Source of the DNA: a virus
Taxonomy: Duplodnaviria > Caudoviricetes
Virus record (IMG/VR): IMGVR_UViG_3300034257_000006
Location: 1 to 60,102 of that record
Reading direction: 5' to 3' (one strand)
DNA: 60,102 nucleotides
Under the pieces are notes generated by a model. It saw only the letters and a list, made by a program, of their open reading frames with translations, did no database searches and had not been told where the DNA came from. Positions 38,692-49,724 of this stretch are shown here, piece by piece. Each line of letters begins with the position of its first letter. The stretch's first letter is position 1. Position numbers and translations under genes: made by a program.

Positions 38692-38996
38692 CTTCTGTAC
38701 CTCCGCTGGTTACGGACTGGCGTTACAGTTGCACATGTGTCACCGACGCACGTGTGCGGTTTGACGCACGGCACATGTACGAACTCGTACAGTTCACTGG
38801 ATGATCCGCAGTTCTTTTTCTCGTATAGTCGCTGGTACACTTTCAGGACTTCAATCTTCGCTTTCAGCCCCGGAGTACCGTCTCTTGTCGTGTCGCCTTC
38901 TTTCCATATGTGCGCATCGCAGGACTCAGTCGCGATCTGTTCCGACAGATCGCAGATCTTCTGTTCCAGCTCTTCGCATGAAAGACAGTCCGCCAC
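38688..38996 (-). CDS. Head-tail adaptor-like protein
   Basis: Synteny; helix-hairpin-helix pattern reminiscent of gpW. Confidence 0.4.
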   Translation of the reverse strand: MADCLSCEELEQKICDLSEQIATESCDAHIWKEGDTTRDGTPGLKAKIEVLKVYQRLYEKKNCGSSSELYEFVHVPCVKPHTCVGDTCATVTPVRNQRRYRR

Positions 38997-38998
38997 AA

Positions 38999-39265
38999 CT
39001 AAATCTCCACGAGGTGTCTCTGCTTACCCGTTACCGGAGACTCCATCATGAATGGAGCGAAGTCCTTGTACAACTCTGACTCGTCGATCGCCTTGCACAG
39101 CGGCCACACCGCTTCGACGTCGTTGAGGCATTTCGCAGACTTGTACTCGAACGAATCTGCGTACAATTCCTTCGCATCTTTCTCAGTGATCATCTCATTC
39201 GACTTGATGATCTTCGTCATTCCGCCAGGCATTCTGAGTGCCCAGATTTTCGATTGACCCGCCAC
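38999..39265 (-). CDS. Hypothetical protein
   Basis: RBS AGGAG after the capsid terminator. Confidence 0.6.
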   Translation of the reverse strand: MAGQSKIWALRMPGGMTKIIKSNEMITEKDAKELYADSFEYKSAKCLNDVEAVWPLCKAIDESELYKDFAPFMMESPVTGKQRHLVEI

Positions 39266-39285
39266 ACTTCACTCCTTCGTAAAAC

Positions 39286-39323
39286 GACAAGAGCGGCGAC
39301 AATCACTCGTCGTCGCTCTTGTC
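39286..39323 (-). terminator. Terminator after the capsid gene
   Basis: GACAAGAGCGRCGAC inverted repeat followed by GTTTT. Confidence 0.7.
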
Positions 39324-39345
39324 TTCTCGGTTGTTGTTTTGCCAA

Positions 39346-40584
39346 TTACGCTGATTCAGATTCCGAACCGGTCATCCACACAGCCTTCTGTGGATCCTTG
39401 ACCCACGCATAACCCTTGCTGTACGAATCGTACCGGGCCACGATGCGTTTCTTCTGGTCGTCGGAGCACAGCGTCAGCCGCTTGACTTCAGGCCGAACCT
39501 GATATGTCCAGGCAAGGAACTCGTTCAGTTTCCCGAAGAAGATCCACTCGTTCGCCTGCGCTGCCGTCAGGTTGTATCGCAGCATGATCCTCTGAACCAG
39601 ACGGATGTACGCCTTCGGCTGGAACGTCATACCGTTTGCCATCGCCGGAGGCATGAAGTAGTGAATCGTGTCTCCGGATCCAGGACATGTTGCGTCCTTC
39701 TCAACGCTGGTTGCATTGAGGATCGGGTTGATTCGGTCGCGTGTTCGCTGACTGGTGAACACGTCAAGACCATCTGTGCTCATTGACATCGGTCGAGCAT
39801 GAACCATGTCGGTCATGTCGTAAAACAAATTCTTGATGACCTGCAGGTCTTCACCGCAGAACAGCGATTCTGCCGTAGCATTCACCCATGGACCACTGGA
39901 CCCGTCTCCGAAGACAGTCCCGTATCCTGAGTCGTAGAAGATAGCGTATTCCGTGTCAGACCGGTTCCATGTCGTGTTGTAACCGATCATCGCGTCGATC
40001 AGTCGCTCTTCACGTTCCAGGTCGTGTGCGTCGCGAATCTTTGGAACCTGTTGCATGAAGTATCCGTTGGGATCCTTGCACAGTGCCTCACGAGTTACCG
40101 CAAGGCCGAGACCCCCGGCCTTGCCGTTCGGATGCTGCAACCAGTCCGTTGCCATGCCGTAATCCGGCGCAGCTTCCAGTTCGCAGACTTCGTGCCACTT
40201 CATATCGCTGAATGCGCCGAAGTCCTTGAACGACTCTTCGCACTCGCCGCGTGACTCTGTGCCGACCAGATTACTGATCATGTACTCTTCGCGTGGATTC
40301 TCACGCAGCGAGTTCCGGATGACGATCTGAGCCATCTTATTGAACGTACCGCTGGTGATTATCGCCTCAAGCACTGAGTCTTCGATACCTCGATTTCCCA
40401 TGCTGGACTTCTGTCGCCAGTTCGCTCCAAGATCCTGCTCCAGGCAGACTTCAAGGTCGATGTCGAATGGCTTAAGAGCGCCAGCCTCCATTGCAACGTT
40501 GATTCCCTCAAGGACAGAATTCTCCTCTTTCTTGTGCTCACGCAAGTCACGCAGGAGGGTCAAAGTATGTTGGCGATTCGCCAT
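39346..40584 (-). CDS. Major capsid protein
   Basis: Synteny, 412 aa, G.GLAVTREA...D motif of HK97-fold capsids, downstream terminator. Confidence 0.8.
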   Translation of the reverse strand: MANRQHTLTLLRDLREHKKEENSVLEGINVAMEAGALKPFDIDLEVCLEQDLGANWRQKSSMGNRGIEDSVLEAIITSGTFNKMAQIVIRNSLRENPREEYMISNLVGTESRGECEESFKDFGAFSDMKWHEVCELEAAPDYGMATDWLQHPNGKAGGLGLAVTREALCKDPNGYFMQQVPKIRDAHDLEREERLIDAMIGYNTTWNRSDTEYAIFYDSGYGTVFGDGSSGPWVNATAESLFCGEDLQVIKNLFYDMTDMVHARPMSMSTDGLDVFTSQRTRDRINPILNATSVEKDATCPGSGDTIHYFMPPAMANGMTFQPKAYIRLVQRIMLRYNLTAAQANEWIFFGKLNEFLAWTYQVRPEVKRLTLCSDDQKKRIVARYDSYSKGYAWVKDPQKAVWMTGSESESA

Positions 40585-40635
40585 GATTCACATCCTCAAA
40601 AAGTCTACACATAAACCAGCTACAAAACTCGTGCG

Positions 40636-41169
40636 TTATGTAGAGAACTCGACTTCTGCGTACGCGACAGCGTCTGGACCGGAACTCTTCACCGCACGGA
40701 ACACAATGTCACCGGCAGTCGTTGACTTCTGAATCGTGTTGTTGCTCAGAAGATTGCTTCCAGCGACTTTACCGAAAGTAAATCCCTGTCCGATGATCCA
40801 TGTCGTCGGTGCATCTGCTCCGTCAGTATCGACGATACGGTATGCTCGTCGGAACCGGTTTCCTGTGCGACGCCATGCAACCGGAATACAATCCGGACGA
40901 TCGTTGCAAACGCCATCAGATGAGTCAATTTCCTGCAGACTGACCCCGATAAACTTGGCTGCAGCCGCAACCTGAGTTGTCGTCAGGTTCGTGTCCCAAG
41001 CCTGATCCGTCTGAATCAGAGCGGCAGTCAAAACTCCAGTGGTCGTGTCTGATCCCAGGAAGTCACCTGGGCAGATATCCACGAGCGTGTCTGGCAGGCT
41101 CAATGTGCGGATTTCAGCATCGCCAGGAACATGACCATACTGATGCATAACGTCGAGACACTGTGGCAT
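40636..41169 (-). CDS. Head decoration/cement protein
   Basis: I.PGD.L...FIGV pattern; between scaffold and capsid. Confidence 0.6.
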   Translation of the reverse strand: MPQCLDVMHQYGHVPGDAEIRTLSLPDTLVDICPGDFLGSDTTTGVLTAALIQTDQAWDTNLTTTQVAAAAKFIGVSLQEIDSSDGVCNDRPDCIPVAWRRTGNRFRRAYRIVDTDGADAPTTWIIGQGFTFGKVAGSNLLSNNTIQKSTTAGDIVFRAVKSSGPDAVAYAEVEFST

Positions 41170-41204
41170 TTCACTCACTCCAAACTCAGGGGATCACAAA
41201 ACAA

Positions 41205-41223
41205 AGCAGGGATAAACCCTGCC
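41205..41223 (-). terminator. Terminator-like hairpin
   Basis: GGCAGGG-TTTAT-CCCTGCT followed by TTTGTTTT. Confidence 0.5.
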
Positions 41224-41247
41224 CAACCGGAATCTCCGGGGAGTCGT

Positions 41248-42237
41248 TTACTTCTTCAGGCCAAGTGACTCGAAGATGTCGTAAGGCTTCGAACCAGCAG
41301 CAGCCTTGCGTCCTGGTCGATACGCAGGTTTTTCTTCGACCTCTTCCTTGACCGGCTTTTCTTCCTCATCGTCTTCATCCGGAACTTCGACGAGCATCGG
41401 CGACAACTTCGACAGGACGCCAGTGAACTTCTTGCGGGTCTCTGCCTTCATCTCGCAGGCGCACTCGACGATTTCAGTCAGAAGTTCGGCTTCCAGTTCA
41501 ACACCTTCGAACGCCGTGCCGATTTCCTTTGTGACGTCGGTCTTCAGCTTCTCAGCGGCCTTCTCGGACTCCAAGGCATCGAGACGCTTCTTCAGGTCGG
41601 ATGCTTCCTTCTTTGCAGCGTCGAGTTCCGCCTGCTCCGTCGCAGACTTGTTTGTCTCGGCTAGAATCTCAGTGACGAGTTCAGGGTGTTTTTCGCGAAG
41701 GGTCTTGAGATCCATGATTTCTTCTTCCTCGTGTTCAAAAATTCCGTCCGTCGTTCCCGGTCGTGTCACAACGTCCAGTGAACGCAACATTTCAATGGAC
41801 TCAACAACCTGATCTCCGGCCTTGTTCCGGCGTCCGTTGTCCGCGTACTTCACTGCCGAGTTGATCGACATGCCGAAGGACTTCGGCGCAAACAGAACAT
41901 CCCAGATAAACTGTTCTGCGACCTGGTTCTTCGGATTGAAGTGGATGTCGCCAAAATGACCGTGCCCCGGCTTGTATTCAATGGCAGTCCCAACAACTCC
42001 AAACTTATCACGGTACGAACGGGGTGTTGTCGCTGTCGGTGGATGGTCGATATAAATCGACGCGCCAGACAACAATTTCTTCGCAGACTCACGAACCCCA
42101 GGCGTTTCGTAGTCTCTGCGGTTCTTCGACCGAACGCCGAGGAGCTTAACGCCACGGATGATCCCCTTTTCGCGATCGATGCGATCTTCGGCGATTGCCT
42201 CAAATGCGTCTTCCTGCGTTTCAAGGACATCGGTCAT
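41248..42237 (-). CDS. Prohead protease/scaffold fusion
   Basis: SKNRRDY, YIDHP, GMSIN and SLDVVTRP motifs; scaffold MDLKTLREKHPELV coiled coil. Confidence 0.85.
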   Translation of the reverse strand: MTDVLETQEDAFEAIAEDRIDREKGIIRGVKLLGVRSKNRRDYETPGVRESAKKLLSGASIYIDHPPTATTPRSYRDKFGVVGTAIEYKPGHGHFGDIHFNPKNQVAEQFIWDVLFAPKSFGMSINSAVKYADNGRRNKAGDQVVESIEMLRSLDVVTRPGTTDGIFEHEEEEIMDLKTLREKHPELVTEILAETNKSATEQAELDAAKKEASDLKKRLDALESEKAAEKLKTDVTKEIGTAFEGVELEAELLTEIVECACEMKAETRKKFTGVLSKLSPMLVEVPDEDDEEEKPVKEEVEEKPAYRPGRKAAAGSKPYDIFESLGLKK

Positions 42238-42337
42238 TTCGATTTTCCACCGGTTTTCGGTTTCTTCGGTTTACTGCAAGCGCACATTGCTATTTCCTCG
42301 TTTCTTCGTTTGTAAGAACTTCCTGAACTACTGCAAC

Positions 42338-43945
42338 TCATTTTTGGACTTTTTTCTCTGGATTTCCCTTCGAGACGCCTTTTTCCTTCATCGGATCCGT
42401 TTTCTTCTTCGTTGTCGGTCCCGGAAGTGCCGCTGTCGTCGCCAAACTGCTTCCTTTTGGCAGTTCCAGTTCGTTCTTGAGTTCTGATTGACGCTGGGCC
42501 TGTTCTGACTCTCTGTCGAGCTTCTCTGAAGCGAGCCAGGTCTTGCCGGACAGCTCGCCGCGATCCCAAAGTTCCTGCTTGAAGCTAAATTCTTCCGCTC
42601 GGTTCCTTGTCTGAACTTCTGGTGGTTGAATATGCAGGAAGATATCGTCGATATCGTTCTCGGTGATGCCTTCAACTCCCTTCGATGCCGCATATCGCAA
42701 CGCCTGCATCAGAATTTCTTCGTCTTCGTTGACCATCTTGTGTTGCTCGTACTTCATAGCCTTGAAAAACGGGCCTTCCGAGACCAACGTCGAAGCAAAA
42801 TTTCCTTCTGAGACGTTTGCGGTCAACATAAACTCCGGGAGTTTCATTCCAGCGGCGCAGGCGCGCAGGAGCGCGACGAGAACTTCGATCTGATTGCTGT
42901 TGCCAGCGCCGGTTTCAGGGAATTCGTACTTCACCGTGCCAGGTACCGTTACAACTGACGCAGACGGGAAGTCGAATGTTTCATTCTGTCCGGTAGATCC
43001 TCCACCGGTTTGCTGTGATGCGAGCCAGCTTCTAACCTGATCTGCTCCTTGACTTGCGTTTATCGTTCGAATCGCGCCGAACGCAGCTTGAAACGCCGAA
43101 ACGCGCATCAAATTTGCCAGCAGTTTTTTAGCAAATATCATTTCTTCGCGTACAGGCCAGAACAGCGTCAGGCCGCGTGGATCGTTTCCGAGTACATTTC
43201 GTTTGCGGTGGAGAACTGCCGTGTTCGCCTTCAGCAAAGAACGATCTGGAACGGCTCCGAGGACGGAGATGAACTTCAGGTCAGGATACCAATCGTTTTC
43301 GATGAAGTAACTGACTGGTTTATACCTGATGTCGTTCGTTCGACGGACTCCCAGCAGATCAATGAACTTCTTCGGATTCAAGTTATCTCCTGGATCTGAA
43401 TCCTGGTAATCGCTGTCAGGATCATCCTCCAGGTCTGTCGGTTCTGCGAAATATACTCGTAGAATACCGTCGTCATCGTAGTAAAGAAGGTCGAACACTT
43501 CTCCGTGACGATCGCACCTGTGGGAGACTTCGGATTGGCGTAGCGCCCAAGAATTCTCTTTCAGCCATTTTTCAAGGAATCGCTCGACTTTTTTTACCGC
43601 AGTCGCGTTGGGAGCATTTTCATCTTTAGGCTTAACCGTAATCGAATGACCAGTGTCAGCGATGTAATACGACCTGTTATCCTTAGCGTTTGATCCCCAA
43701 CACACCCTGCTCAGGCTGTCGCCGAGCATCATTACCTGATTGACGCCGACCGTTCCTTCTGTGGTTGAGTACGGCTCGTCTCCTCCATCTGGAAACGTAT
43801 CGTCGTTGTCCTGCGTTCCTCCGCAGCTAGCGCCAAGCTCCTCCATTATCGTCCGAGCAACTTTCATCGCCTGAATGTCGTAGCGCTCGGCTTCAACGGC
43901 GAAGATGTGGTTTTCGTCGTGGCCGTTTAGACGGTTTGTCTGCAT
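42338..43945 (-). CDS. Portal protein
   Basis: DRHGEVF, PRG...F and NFAS motifs; synteny. Confidence 0.8.
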   Translation of the reverse strand: MQTNRLNGHDENHIFAVEAERYDIQAMKVARTIMEELGASCGGTQDNDDTFPDGGDEPYSTTEGTVGVNQVMMLGDSLSRVCWGSNAKDNRSYYIADTGHSITVKPKDENAPNATAVKKVERFLEKWLKENSWALRQSEVSHRCDRHGEVFDLLYYDDDGILRVYFAEPTDLEDDPDSDYQDSDPGDNLNPKKFIDLLGVRRTNDIRYKPVSYFIENDWYPDLKFISVLGAVPDRSLLKANTAVLHRKRNVLGNDPRGLTLFWPVREEMIFAKKLLANLMRVSAFQAAFGAIRTINASQGADQVRSWLASQQTGGGSTGQNETFDFPSASVVTVPGTVKYEFPETGAGNSNQIEVLVALLRACAAGMKLPEFMLTANVSEGNFASTLVSEGPFFKAMKYEQHKMVNEDEEILMQALRYAASKGVEGITENDIDDIFLHIQPPEVQTRNRAEEFSFKQELWDRGELSGKTWLASEKLDRESEQAQRQSELKNELELPKGSSLATTAALPGPTTKKKTDPMKEKGVSKGNPEKKVQK

Positions 43946-44008
43946 TTTGCGGTTCTCCTGAAACAAGGTTACGGTGTTTCGGCGGAATTCGCAAGATACC
44001 AATTAAAA

Positions 44009-44034
44009 CAGCACTGGATTGGGGTCCAGTGCTG
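44009..44034 (-). terminator. Terminator-like hairpin
   Basis: CAGCACTGGA...TCCAGTGCTG plus TTTT. Confidence 0.55.
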
Positions 44035-44073
44035 CAAACTTTTTCAATTCGAGGTCAGAGTCTTCTCGGTGTA

Positions 44074-44391
44074 CTACGGAGTTGGCTCTGGGTCAGGTTC
44101 ATCCCGAATAGCAACAATAACATGTGCCAGATCCGTCGCAGGTAAGGGTGTTTCGAGATCACCCACTGTGAATGTGTACGAAACAGATGTCGCTTCGAGT
44201 CCTTCGCTGTCGGTCGTTACGACCTGAAAAGTGAATGTCTGCGCGGGTTTCACCACGATCATCACTTCTTCAACGTCTGGCCCGAATTCCGATGTCGTCT
44301 CTGTTCCGTCGATCGTCAAAATCATCTTCTGTGACTTCAAGTCCTGTGAAGGACTCTTTCGCCAGGTAAGTTTCACGTCAGCAACACGCAT
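44074..44391 (-). CDS. Fibronectin type III-like protein
   Basis: VKLTW..S...TFTFQV...D..G.E.S pattern. Confidence 0.55.
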   Translation of the reverse strand: MRVADVKLTWRKSPSQDLKSQKMILTIDGTETTSEFGPDVEEVMIVVKPAQTFTFQVVTTDSEGLEATSVSYTFTVGDLETPLPATDLAHVIVAIRDEPDPEPTP

Positions 44392-44444
44392 AATTACACT
44401 CCATTAAAAACAAACGCCTTTAACTGCGAAACAGATCGCAGTTT

Positions 44445-45074
44445 TCATTTCTCGACAATATCACGCCATCTGCCTCTTCCAAGAAAAGGGAGATTTATCG
44501 TGTCATGATCACTCAGCCCGCGATTCATACGGGAATGCAGAGTGCCTGGATGCACTGAAAGGATTTCTGCCCAAGCAACTACACACATTGTTTTTCCATT
44601 TGCAGTGATAAGCCTGTTTGTTCTTTTGTTCCGCTCTTGATCAGACTTCGTTACCCACCTGCAGTTTTCTTTTTCGTAATTTCCATCATTGTTTATCCTA
44701 TCGAGGAACATTCCTTCCCCCGGCTCTCCCATGTCCGAAAGGAAATCCCCGAACGAATTCCTCCATCTTTCACAAACCTTGATTCCTCGCCCTCCGTAGT
44801 TTCGATACTCTGAGCTTGATTCAGTATGGCAGCGTTCATTCATTGCTACCCATCGCCAATAAAGAGGAGTATCGCTTCTTCCGTGTGTAATCCTAGCGCA
44901 TCCGCAACTCTTCGTTTCTCCACGAGCAACATGACTGCATCGGTATACTCCACTCCGACCGCACTCACATTTGAAGACCGCTACCGGCATTCCTCTTTTG
45001 TTGCTTCGAAATTTATTTCCAACCTGCGTCAGCCTGTTGTTCGAAATCCGACTGTCAGAATCCCTAGTTTTCAT
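44445..45074 (-). CDS. HNH-type homing endonuclease
   Basis: CECG, KSCGC, YGGRGIKVCERW, LDRINNDGNY..ENCRW. Confidence 0.85.
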   Translation of the reverse strand: MKTRDSDSRISNNRLTQVGNKFRSNKRGMPVAVFKCECGRSGVYRCSHVARGETKSCGCARITHGRSDTPLYWRWVAMNERCHTESSSEYRNYGGRGIKVCERWRNSFGDFLSDMGEPGEGMFLDRINNDGNYEKENCRWVTKSDQERNKRTNRLITANGKTMCVVAWAEILSVHPGTLHSRMNRGLSDHDTINLPFLGRGRWRDIVEK

Positions 45075-45257
45075 GCCGTTTCCTTCACACGAACTCTGTC
45101 CACCAACTACAACGTCCTCTGATAAAGCCGAGCGGTATACCAGCATTCGGCAGCACAGTTATTATGCCCTGATCACACAGGAAGCTGACAGTCTGAATCA
45201 GCATGAATTTGCGGAATTCAGGATCTTTCGACTGACACTGTTTACACTTCTTTGGCA

Positions 45258-45747
45258 TCAGTACAAATCCTCGAAAACGTAGTCTTTTCCGGAGCAGTCC
45301 GGACAAAGTGTGAATTCGTCTTTACTTGTAAAGCCGTGAAAGTATTGCACCGTCCATCCATCAAGATGAAGTTCAATTCTGCTCGCGTCTCTTCGAGCGA
45401 AGCAGTTGTTGCACTTTGCGAGGAGAACTTCGTGTGGGTTGTCGGTGCGACGTAGGATGAGGTCTTTGTGGAGGATGGTCATATCAATCCTTTGACTCAA
45501 GCGTTATGACCGAGAACAAGGTACGCCCACCTTTGTACTCATAGACGTACGCAAATTGGTGTCCGTTTTCACACTGCACGTTTGTTACAACATCCTTGCC
45601 ATCGTTTTTGGATACAGTCCCGATTAGTTCAACATGTTCGTTTCCGCACAGAGGACACTTTGGGTCTATCATGAATGTGTCATGCGAAATCTGCGATACT
45701 CGACGAACCGCATCGTCTGGATTGTGGTTCTTGTAATGGTGTGTCAT
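45258..45747 (-). CDS. Two small zinc-finger-like proteins (45258-~45482, 45484-45747)
   Basis: CxxC pairs. Confidence 0.55.
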
Positions 45748-47162
45748 TTATTCGGCTTCCTCAGTTCTTCGTAGTATCGATCCAGATGGCCTGGAAGCTG
45801 TTGTGCCATGTCGAGGCTGTCAGGCCCATCATCATGCTTTCCAGGTCCAGGTATCCCGTCGAATGACCGTAACTGCGACAGAAGCAGCGTTGTGCCTGGA
45901 TTCTCCAGAAATCTAAATTCTCTTCGTGTGATCTGGCCGTCGAGTCTGCGGATGCGAAGTTCCTTTTTGAGCATGTCCTGAACCGGAATTATGATGTTGC
46001 CGGATCGCAGGTACTTGCTTAGGGCGTAATCCTTGTTCTTGTCGGCGTACGCCATGATCAGATTGAGGAACAACTCCTGAAACTGCAGTGACTCACATCC
46101 AATCAAGTCGCCGGATCTGATTCTGTGGTGGTCCTGCTCGCAGAACAGGAACAAGTCTTCCACGATCTCGCTCGGTGATCGACGTTTCATGTCACAATCG
46201 ACGTACTTCAATTCTGACGTTTGTGCGATACATGTTATCGCTGAGTAGTCACCCTTCTTCTGTGACTTGCCTTTGCTCGCATCGATCGCAAACATCCGCA
46301 CGATGTCGTTCGCATGCTTCGGTATCGGGAACTTCTCGTACGGAATGAAGACTCCGATGAACAAATCCCTCGGCCACTCCACATCCGTCTTACTCGATGC
46401 CAGCCAATTACCAAGAAGATACCGCTCCATTTCACTCTGGTCCATCGCCTCCAGGTTCTTCTCGTAGTCCGGGTCTTTCTCTTGTAAGAACTCGTTGTCT
46501 TTCAGTGTCGATGGAATGAACGTAACTGACGTTGTGGCTGTCGTTCCGTTCGGCTTGAACTGTGGCTCGTCGAACCACGTAAAGTCGTCGCCTTTCATCA
46601 TGCAGTGCTTGACGACGCCTGCCATCTCTGGTTTCGGGAACCCTGTCTCCGGGTTGATCCATTGAAAAATCAATCTGTACACCCACGAATCGTTGTCAGG
46701 ATTGCAACTCATTTTGAGTCGTGTTTTGATTCCGGACTTTGACCTACACCGGGACCATATGTACTTCACGTATTTGAGGGGGAACTGCGTTGCTTCGTCG
46801 AACGCTACCCAATCGAACTGAGCGCCTTGATACGACTTCAGTGTCTTTTCGTCCTGAATCGTGTTCAGGCTGATCTTCGATCCTGATGGGAACCTGAACT
46901 CTGCTGATGTATGGTTGTAGATCCCGTTGAACGGCTCGTACAGTTCTTTGCAGTGGTCGAGCAGTCCGCCGGGGTTCGATATTTCAGGGAACAGGCGGCG
47001 GAAGATTGCGCCTCGGAATGCTTTTTGGGCGTGTGGGCCTTGGACGTGACGCAGCGGATCAATGGTAAGGGCGTGAGTTTTCCCGCCGCCTGCAGCGCCT
47101 CCGTAGACTGTCCAGTCGGCGGTTGAGGAGACGAACATGTACTGTGGATTTGAGAGTTTCAT
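45744..47162 (-). CDS. terL: Terminase large subunit
   Basis: YGGAAGGGKT Walker A, FDEATQF Walker B, SCNP, IDAS...GDYSA and HDDGPDSL nuclease motifs. Confidence 0.95.
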   Translation of the reverse strand: MKLSNPQYMFVSSTADWTVYGGAAGGGKTHALTIDPLRHVQGPHAQKAFRGAIFRRLFPEISNPGGLLDHCKELYEPFNGIYNHTSAEFRFPSGSKISLNTIQDEKTLKSYQGAQFDWVAFDEATQFPLKYVKYIWSRCRSKSGIKTRLKMSCNPDNDSWVYRLIFQWINPETGFPKPEMAGVVKHCMMKGDDFTWFDEPQFKPNGTTATTSVTFIPSTLKDNEFLQEKDPDYEKNLEAMDQSEMERYLLGNWLASSKTDVEWPRDLFIGVFIPYEKFPIPKHANDIVRMFAIDASKGKSQKKGDYSAITCIAQTSELKYVDCDMKRRSPSEIVEDLFLFCEQDHHRIRSGDLIGCESLQFQELFLNLIMAYADKNKDYALSKYLRSGNIIIPVQDMLKKELRIRRLDGQITRREFRFLENPGTTLLLSQLRSFDGIPGPGKHDDGPDSLDMAQQLPGHLDRYYEELRKPNK

Positions 47163-47174
47163 TTCGATTCAATG

Positions 47175-49686
47175 TTAGTCTTCTTCGTCACCCAAAGACA
47201 CCTGCAAAATCCTGGCACCTGATCTCGTACACAGCCCCATGCAGACTGTTTGTCCACCACGCCAGGATAAATAGAATTCTTCTCTCTGACTGTCTAAGCT
47301 CGTTACACCTGTTAATACCAGTGCATCGAACCGTTTTGCTAGTGCGTCTACAATCTGGTCTGTTGTGTAGAGGCTCAAATCTGTGTCTTCTGGAACGTCG
47401 CTCACTTCGCTGCCTCCCTTCGTTTCAAAAACTCTTCCTGATACTTTGACTTGTACCACTTCGCCAACAGATCCTCCCGACTCGGTCCAAGCCCATACCT
47501 CGCGCGGCATGCACGTCCGCATCCGCCGCTCCTGGAAATCAGTCCGCCTTCGGCGTTGTACTCGAATTTACTGCCGCCTTCGTGCAGGTCCGTGTACGTC
47601 CCGTTGGACTCAAACTGACGGGCGACGACTTTTGGCTTTGTGATGTCCGGGTAGGGGACGACGTAGGGGTATGTTTTACGGACTTGACTCGATGACGGAG
47701 ATTTTTCTTGCGGTGGTGTCGTCTGCTTCTGGGATGGCGGTGAAGCCTGGAGGGCCGAGCACAGAAACAACAGAATCAGGAGATGGCGCATAAGGTTCGC
47801 TTTCTCTGTTAATGAATGTGGCTTGGGATGTCCTATTCATGGTATTCTCCAGATTAGCCAAATCCTCAATGCATTTCTGAAGGTTGAATTTGCCTTGACG
47901 AACTTCAGAACGAAGAGAAAGGGTTATACTGGTTACTTCTGTCTCCGGAAGAAATTCACCGGAATCAATTTTCTTTATGTGAGTCAGTGCAATAAACGAC
48001 TGACCGTTTATGTCAACACTGAGAACGTAACTCAGCACGTGCTCAGGTATGGATATGTGGTGCTCATCTCGCAGGTCACTCAGGATTTTCAGTAAAAAAC
48101 CGATCATTGCCTGTATTGACTCCCGTCTGATACGCTCTCGATGATCAAATTCTTCCTGTCGCAGTGCTCAGCGAGCATCGCTATCTTCGATCGGTCGTTG
48201 CTCCAGAATTCTGATGGGTGTCCGCCTACCCATCCGGTGATCGGGAGCCAGAACTTCCAGCAGTACACGACGGTGCCGCGCGGATAGGAGTTCTTTGTGG
48301 TCATTGCACTGACTCCTTGAGTCGATTCTTGAATGCTGCCCACGTTTCGTATTCGATAATTCCGAATCCAGTCGCATCATGCCCCAGTTCTTCGATTCCG
48401 GCTTCAACACAAGCAGCGTTCGTGACCCTTGTTGCAATTGCATCGTCGCTCATGAGACTGCAGACTTCCATGAACGACAGTTTGATACCTGTCTGGCCTT
48501 TGAGTGCTTCGAATAACATTTTCTCGATGCTCATTGGGACTTTGCTCCGCAAAATGGACAGTACGCGCAGTAGATCAGTGGTTTTCGTTTTCCTCGCCTC
48601 GGTTTGTCAGACCAAACGACAGAAACGAACGGACCTCCCATGACTGCAATCTTTTTGGCAAAATCAAACTCCAGCGCGGATTCCAGCTTGAGACCGTCTT
48701 CTGCGAGCCTCTTGTTGATCTCATTGACGCATTTGCATTTAGAGACACTTTTTGTCTTTGGCGCAGAAGCCATGCTACTTTGACTCCATTGCATCTGTGA
48801 TCTTGTCCTGTTCAATTTCTTCGTAGGATCTTGTTCGCCACTGCGAAGCATCTGGTAACTGAGTAGGGATCATCACGCTCGTCACCGATGCCTTCGGTCC
48901 CGATGTCGGTCTGCCTTTCGCTGCTGATGCCTGTGATGCAAGCAGCACGAACGCTGCCTGACGGGCTTGCGTCTCGCTCTCGGCGTTTGTGACGTCAATA
49001 TCGACGGTGACTCGGAATCGGTAGGGGGTTGTCATTGTTGGGCCTTCGGTTGAGGGACTGTGTTCCCGTTGCCATCGACACTTATGGACGTGTGACGGGG
49101 TGGGGTTCTCTGGATCCGGGCGTCGTCCGGGATCTTTACGACCTCGTTGGAGACGAGTGTTCCGCATTGGTTGCACCAGTGCGTGTCGCGGGCGATGTGG
49201 GTTGTAGGGTTGTTACAGTGCGGGCAGTTCATTTGTCGAAGAGATTCTCTTTTAGAGGCGCGGGAATCGGACGGTTTGTGATTTTGTCTGGCATAGTCAT
49301 TGCCTGGGAGTAGACATAACGAACTTCAGTTCTTTGATCGCGGTCTCTTGCGTTACAAGGCGGATGCGACACACAGACTCCGCCAGCAATCTGCCAGCCT
49401 TCACGAAGATGCTCTGTTACCTGCTTGTCGAAGAATGGACCGTCGCCTGACATGATTACTTTGTAGTGCATTGTGGGTCAATCAGTTTCAATTCGAATCT
49501 CTGCACTATCGGATTGGACGGATCCACTCCGTCTTCCGTGCAAGGAAGAGAAATCACCGTTAATGTCGGTGGATCGTCCCTGTTGAAGTCCAAACGAAGG
49601 ACCAGTGACACTGTGTGTTCCGGTAATGGACCGAACAGTTTTTTTAACGCGTCGAATACTGCCCAGGAGGATGCGGTTGGTTTCAT
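47175..49686 (-). CDS. Run of about nine small hypothetical genes, including a signal-peptide protein at 47402-47791
   Basis: Abutting ORFs downstream of a promoter at ~49692-49725. Confidence 0.55.
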
Positions 49687-49695
49687 GGTGCTGAA

Positions 49696-49724
49696 TTGTA
49701 GAGGAATTGTTGTTTAATTGGAAG
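49696..49724 (-). promoter_or_regulatory. Sigma70-type promoter
   Basis: TTCCAA-17-TACAAT with an A-tract upstream. Confidence 0.5.
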
